From Lama glama (Eukaryota): 64,000 nt of DNA. How positions within the stretch are numbered: position 1 is the first letter of the stretch; every line of letters starts with the position of its first letter. Location: the NCBI GenBank assembly GCA_028534125.1, contig CM052818.1:22756001-22820000 (forward strand), read 5' to 3'. The notes under the pieces are model-generated. The model had not been told where the DNA came from and did no database searches. It was given only the letters and a program-made list of their open reading frames with translations. Made by a program: the position numbers and the translations under genes. Shown here in pieces: positions 60,830 to 64,000 of the stretch.

Positions 60830-63350
60830 CCTGTTTCGCCTCTGGCGGGTACTGCGCGGGCAGGGCTGCCGATGTCGGAAGTCTTCTGAATTGCTGGGAG
60901 CAGTTTAAAATAATCCCTGCCAAGTGGAACCCACTCCTCGGGCATCGAGCAGTGTCTGGGGCAATTAGCTCTGCAGAGCCTTGAAGGGCTCTTCAGGCTC
61001 CGAGTGCCGGTCCTGCCAGCCGGCTCCGAGGTGCACGGGGGAAATTAAGACAATATGAAAAGGAGGATGAAGACGACGGCAAGGATAAATTCTGTTCTTG
61101 ACAGTGGCAAGGCGATTTCCCCCAGATTTCCATCCCATTCTACAAGAAGCGTCACGAGGGGATTCAGGGTCGCTACACGTAGCGCTCTCTTAGGACCCGC
61201 GCTCTAGAAAGCGGGGGCTAGAGTCGCTCTCCTCCGGGAGAGGGCAGGCGGGAGGGCGGCACTGAGACTGGGTGCTGGGGTGTGCGGACGCCTTCGGAGC
61301 ACGCGGTATGTGGGTCCCCGCGCCGGGAGAGGAAGAGCAAAGTCGGCAAGAAAAGAATTGCTGGGGTGCTTTCTCTGAGAAATCCTTTGGGGCGGTCTCA
61401 CAGATCGAGCTGAGCTCCGGAGAGTTTCTGGAAAAAGCTTTCCAAACGCCATCTGTCCCCGCCCCTCAAATCCCGCACCCCAGTCCTCACTCCTCCTTAC
61501 CCGCCTGTCCCCTCTCCTTGGGGGCTGTTAAAAGGGCCCTTGGGGGCTCCCCAAATCATCCTGATGGCCCGAGGCGGGACGCGGGAACAGAGACCCCGGC
61601 GACGGGGCTTTGCCTCCGCCTCTACCCGGGCCTCCCGGCTCCACGCACCCCCGCCCCGCGGACCCCTCCTGGCCAATGCGGGAGGGAGCGGAGAGGGAGG
61701 ACCGCGTCACGAGGCGGGGAGCCCGAGGTCCAGGGCGGGGCGCCGGGGAATCCCAGCCCGAGAGAGGTGCGGGCGCGGGTGGGAAGAGGAGGGCGGCGCG
61801 CGGAGGGAGGTGAGTGGAGAGGAGCCGGGAGGCGAGGAGGGGGAACCGCGAGGAGGCCCCGCCCCCGCCTCTTGGAGCCGGCTTTTCGCCGCCTCCGAAC
61901 CCGCTCACTTTGCCTGTCGCCTCTGGACGGCCGCGGGGCGCTCGCAGGAGCCGCGGCCGGAGGGAGCACCGCGGACCCGGAGCCATCCCGCACCGGCACC
62001 TCCTCTCGGCTCGCACGCCCCTCAGGGGGGACAGCGCCGCCGCCTTGAAAGGGCACTCCGGCCTCAGAGGGGGCATCCCCCGGGCGCCAGGGGCGGCGGC
62101 GCTGGCAGCCAGGTTCTCGGCCAGTGGGGCGCAGCGCAGGCGCCGGAGAGGACTCCCCGACTACCTGCAAGTACCGCCGCGCGGGGGGAGCATCGCTAAC
62201 AGTCACGCTGTGCTGCAGAGGAGGCTAGAGACGAGGGGCCCCCGGGCCAGCGAAGGGCGGCAGCAGAACCCGGAGGGAGAGCCAGCCGGACTGCCTGCGG
62301 GCCCCGACGGCGCGCTCCCTCGTCAGCCAACGGCAGGCAGGACCCGCGCGGCGGCCGGGGGGCAGCGGCGGCGCCCTCGGACCTCGGGGTCTCGGGGCCG
62401 CCAGCCATGACCTTCGGGCGCAGCGGGGCGGCCTCGGTGGTGCTGAACGTGGGCGGCGCCCGGTACTCGCTGTCCCGGGAGCTGCTGAAGGACTTCCCGC
62501 TGCGCCGCGTGAGCCGGCTGCACGGCTGCCGCTCCGAGCGCGACGTGCTCGAGGTGTGCGACGACTACGACCGCGAGCGCAACGAGTACTTCTTCGACCG
62601 GCACTCGGAGGCCTTCGGCTTCATCCTGCTCTACGTGCGCGGCCACGGCAAGCTGCGCTTCGCGCCGCGGATGTGCGAGCTCTCCTTCTATAACGAGATG
62701 ATCTACTGGGGCCTGGAGGGCGCGCACCTGGAGTACTGTTGCCAGCGCCGCCTCGACGACCGTATGTCGGACACTTACACCTTCTACACCGCGGAGGAGC
62801 CCGGTACTCTGGGCCGCGACGAGGCGCGACCCGGCGGTGTCGAAGCGGCCCCCTCCCGGCGCTGGCTGGAGCGCATGAGGCGAACCTTCGAGGAGCCCAC
62901 GTCGTCGCTGGCCGCGCAGATCCTGGCCAGCGTGTCGGTGGTGTTTGTGATCGTGTCCATGGTGGTGCTGTGCGCCAGCACACTGCCCGACTGGCGCGCT
63001 GCGGCGGCCGACAACCGCAGCCTGGATGACCGGAGCAGGTACTCCGCCGGCCCTGGGAGGGAGCCCTCCGGGTAGGACGCACTGCTTCTCTGCCCGTCCA
63101 GTCCGTCATGTCACGTCTGTCCGTCCCGTCCGTCGGTCCAGTCTTCGTCCTGTTTGCCTCCGGGAGGCTGAGCAGGCCCGGGTTCTGGGTCCAACGAGGC
63201 CCCAGGCGCGGCCAGCCAAGGAGCGGTTTGGTCCTTAGACCTCCTCCTCCCCACCGCCACCCCATCCCCGCCATTTCCCCAGTACTAGTCGGCTCAGGTC
63301 CACACAAAAGACGCCCCTCTTGAGGGCGAATCGCCAGCCAAGGGGAGGGG
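60830..63350 (+). promoter_or_regulatory. KCNG3: KCNG3 CpG island and promoter (CCAAT box 61673-61677; GC boxes near 61648-61657, 61733-61740 and 61857-61866)
   Basis: CpG-dense region spanning exon 1, with CCAAT and Sp1-type motifs upstream. I saw no ATG between about 61680 and the start codon. Confidence 0.85.
62407..63071 (+). CDS. KCNG3: Potassium voltage-gated channel modifier subfamily G member 3 (Kv6.3), coding exon 1: T1/BTB domain and S1
   Basis: ORF MTFGRSGAASVVLNVGGARY...EYFFDRHSEAF...FEEPTSSLAAQILASVSVVFVIVSMVVLCASTLPDW, with Kozak GCCATGA. Donor GG|GTAGG follows 63071 and an alternative donor CAG|GTACT follows 63038. Confidence 0.97.
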
Positions 63351-64000
63351 CAGACAGAGATAAACAAACCTCCCATCTTTGTAGTATACTTTTGAGCAAA
63401 TAGTAACCGGTTAATTAGATTTCTCTAAACTTTTATTGTTCGAATTTAACAATTTAACCTTGGGCTAAGAGCAGTTTTGAATTATTTGACAATTTTTGAT
63501 GGTGCTTCATCAAAGCACCATCAAAAAAAGATGAAGTCTTGTTATTGTGGAGTGTAGTCTGCTGTATGCTGCCCACACATTCTATGCACTCTGCATAGTA
63601 TGTGCTGTTAATGGAATTGTTATAAAGGAGATTAACTTAGAAATGGATTCTAAATAATGGACATCTGTGCCCTTTCTCTCTTCTTTTCTTATGAAGTATG
63701 GAGTTAGCAAACTACCTATCTGTCCACTGTTTAGTACCGAAGTTTCACACACTGACTTTCAGAGGGATCTTCAGTATGGGGAGGGGGAAAACCTTGAGAA
63801 AGGAGGAAAATTTAAACTGCCCTGAATCCAGAAACAGCATTCTAGTATTTAATAGTTTTTCTTTTCACTTTAGTACGATGAAAGGAAAATATTTTGACCT
63901 TTCCTTGGATCATGCTTACCCTTCAGTAGTGATAACATACTTCTGTTTTTAGTACTAGTTTATTTTGCATATTTGGTGGGAGGAATAAATAGTAAAGTTA

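Noticed and set aside
61204..62410. Long overlapping ORFs (up to 258 aa) upstream of KCNG3
   Set aside because: Stop-poor GC-rich CpG island with non-ATG starts, Arg/Gly/Pro/Ala-rich translations and no recognisable domain.
62323..63376. Antisense ORFs over KCNG3 exon 1
   Set aside because: Shadow ORFs caused by the high GC3 codon usage of the real exon.

Overview
Mammalian genomic DNA, most likely a camelid, because nine copies of a tRNA-Ala(AGC)-derived SINE resemble the camelid vic-1 family and the L1 3' ends are of cetartiodactyl type. Two genes diverge head-to-head. MTA3 (NuRD subunit) is on the minus strand, with coding exons 1-3 at 24577-24550, 22898-22831 and 16395-16302; the rest of the gene lies left of the window. 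KCNG3 (silent Kv6.3 subunit) is on the plus strand, with coding exon 1 starting at 62407 and two in-frame alternative donors at 63038 and 63071. Each gene has a CpG-island promoter. The remainder is intronic or intergenic and rich in L1, L2, MIR, MaLR/ERV LTR and DNA transposon relics, with one 500-N assembly gap. The most interesting unexplained signals are: (1) an inverted MIR-core pair about 1.4 kb apart that is 89% identical with transition-only differences; (2) two repeat-free minus-strand blocks (about 52.3-52.9 kb and 46.3-47.0 kb) that read like decayed coding exons; (3) a CGG-repeat 5'UTR that is open in frame with the MTA3 ATG; and (4) several unusual retrotransposition products (an L1-mRNA chimera, an orphan polyadenylated insert, a 3' transduction, and a U6 fragment inside a SINE). 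Repeat family names come from recalled consensus motifs and their boundaries are approximate; no database searches were run.
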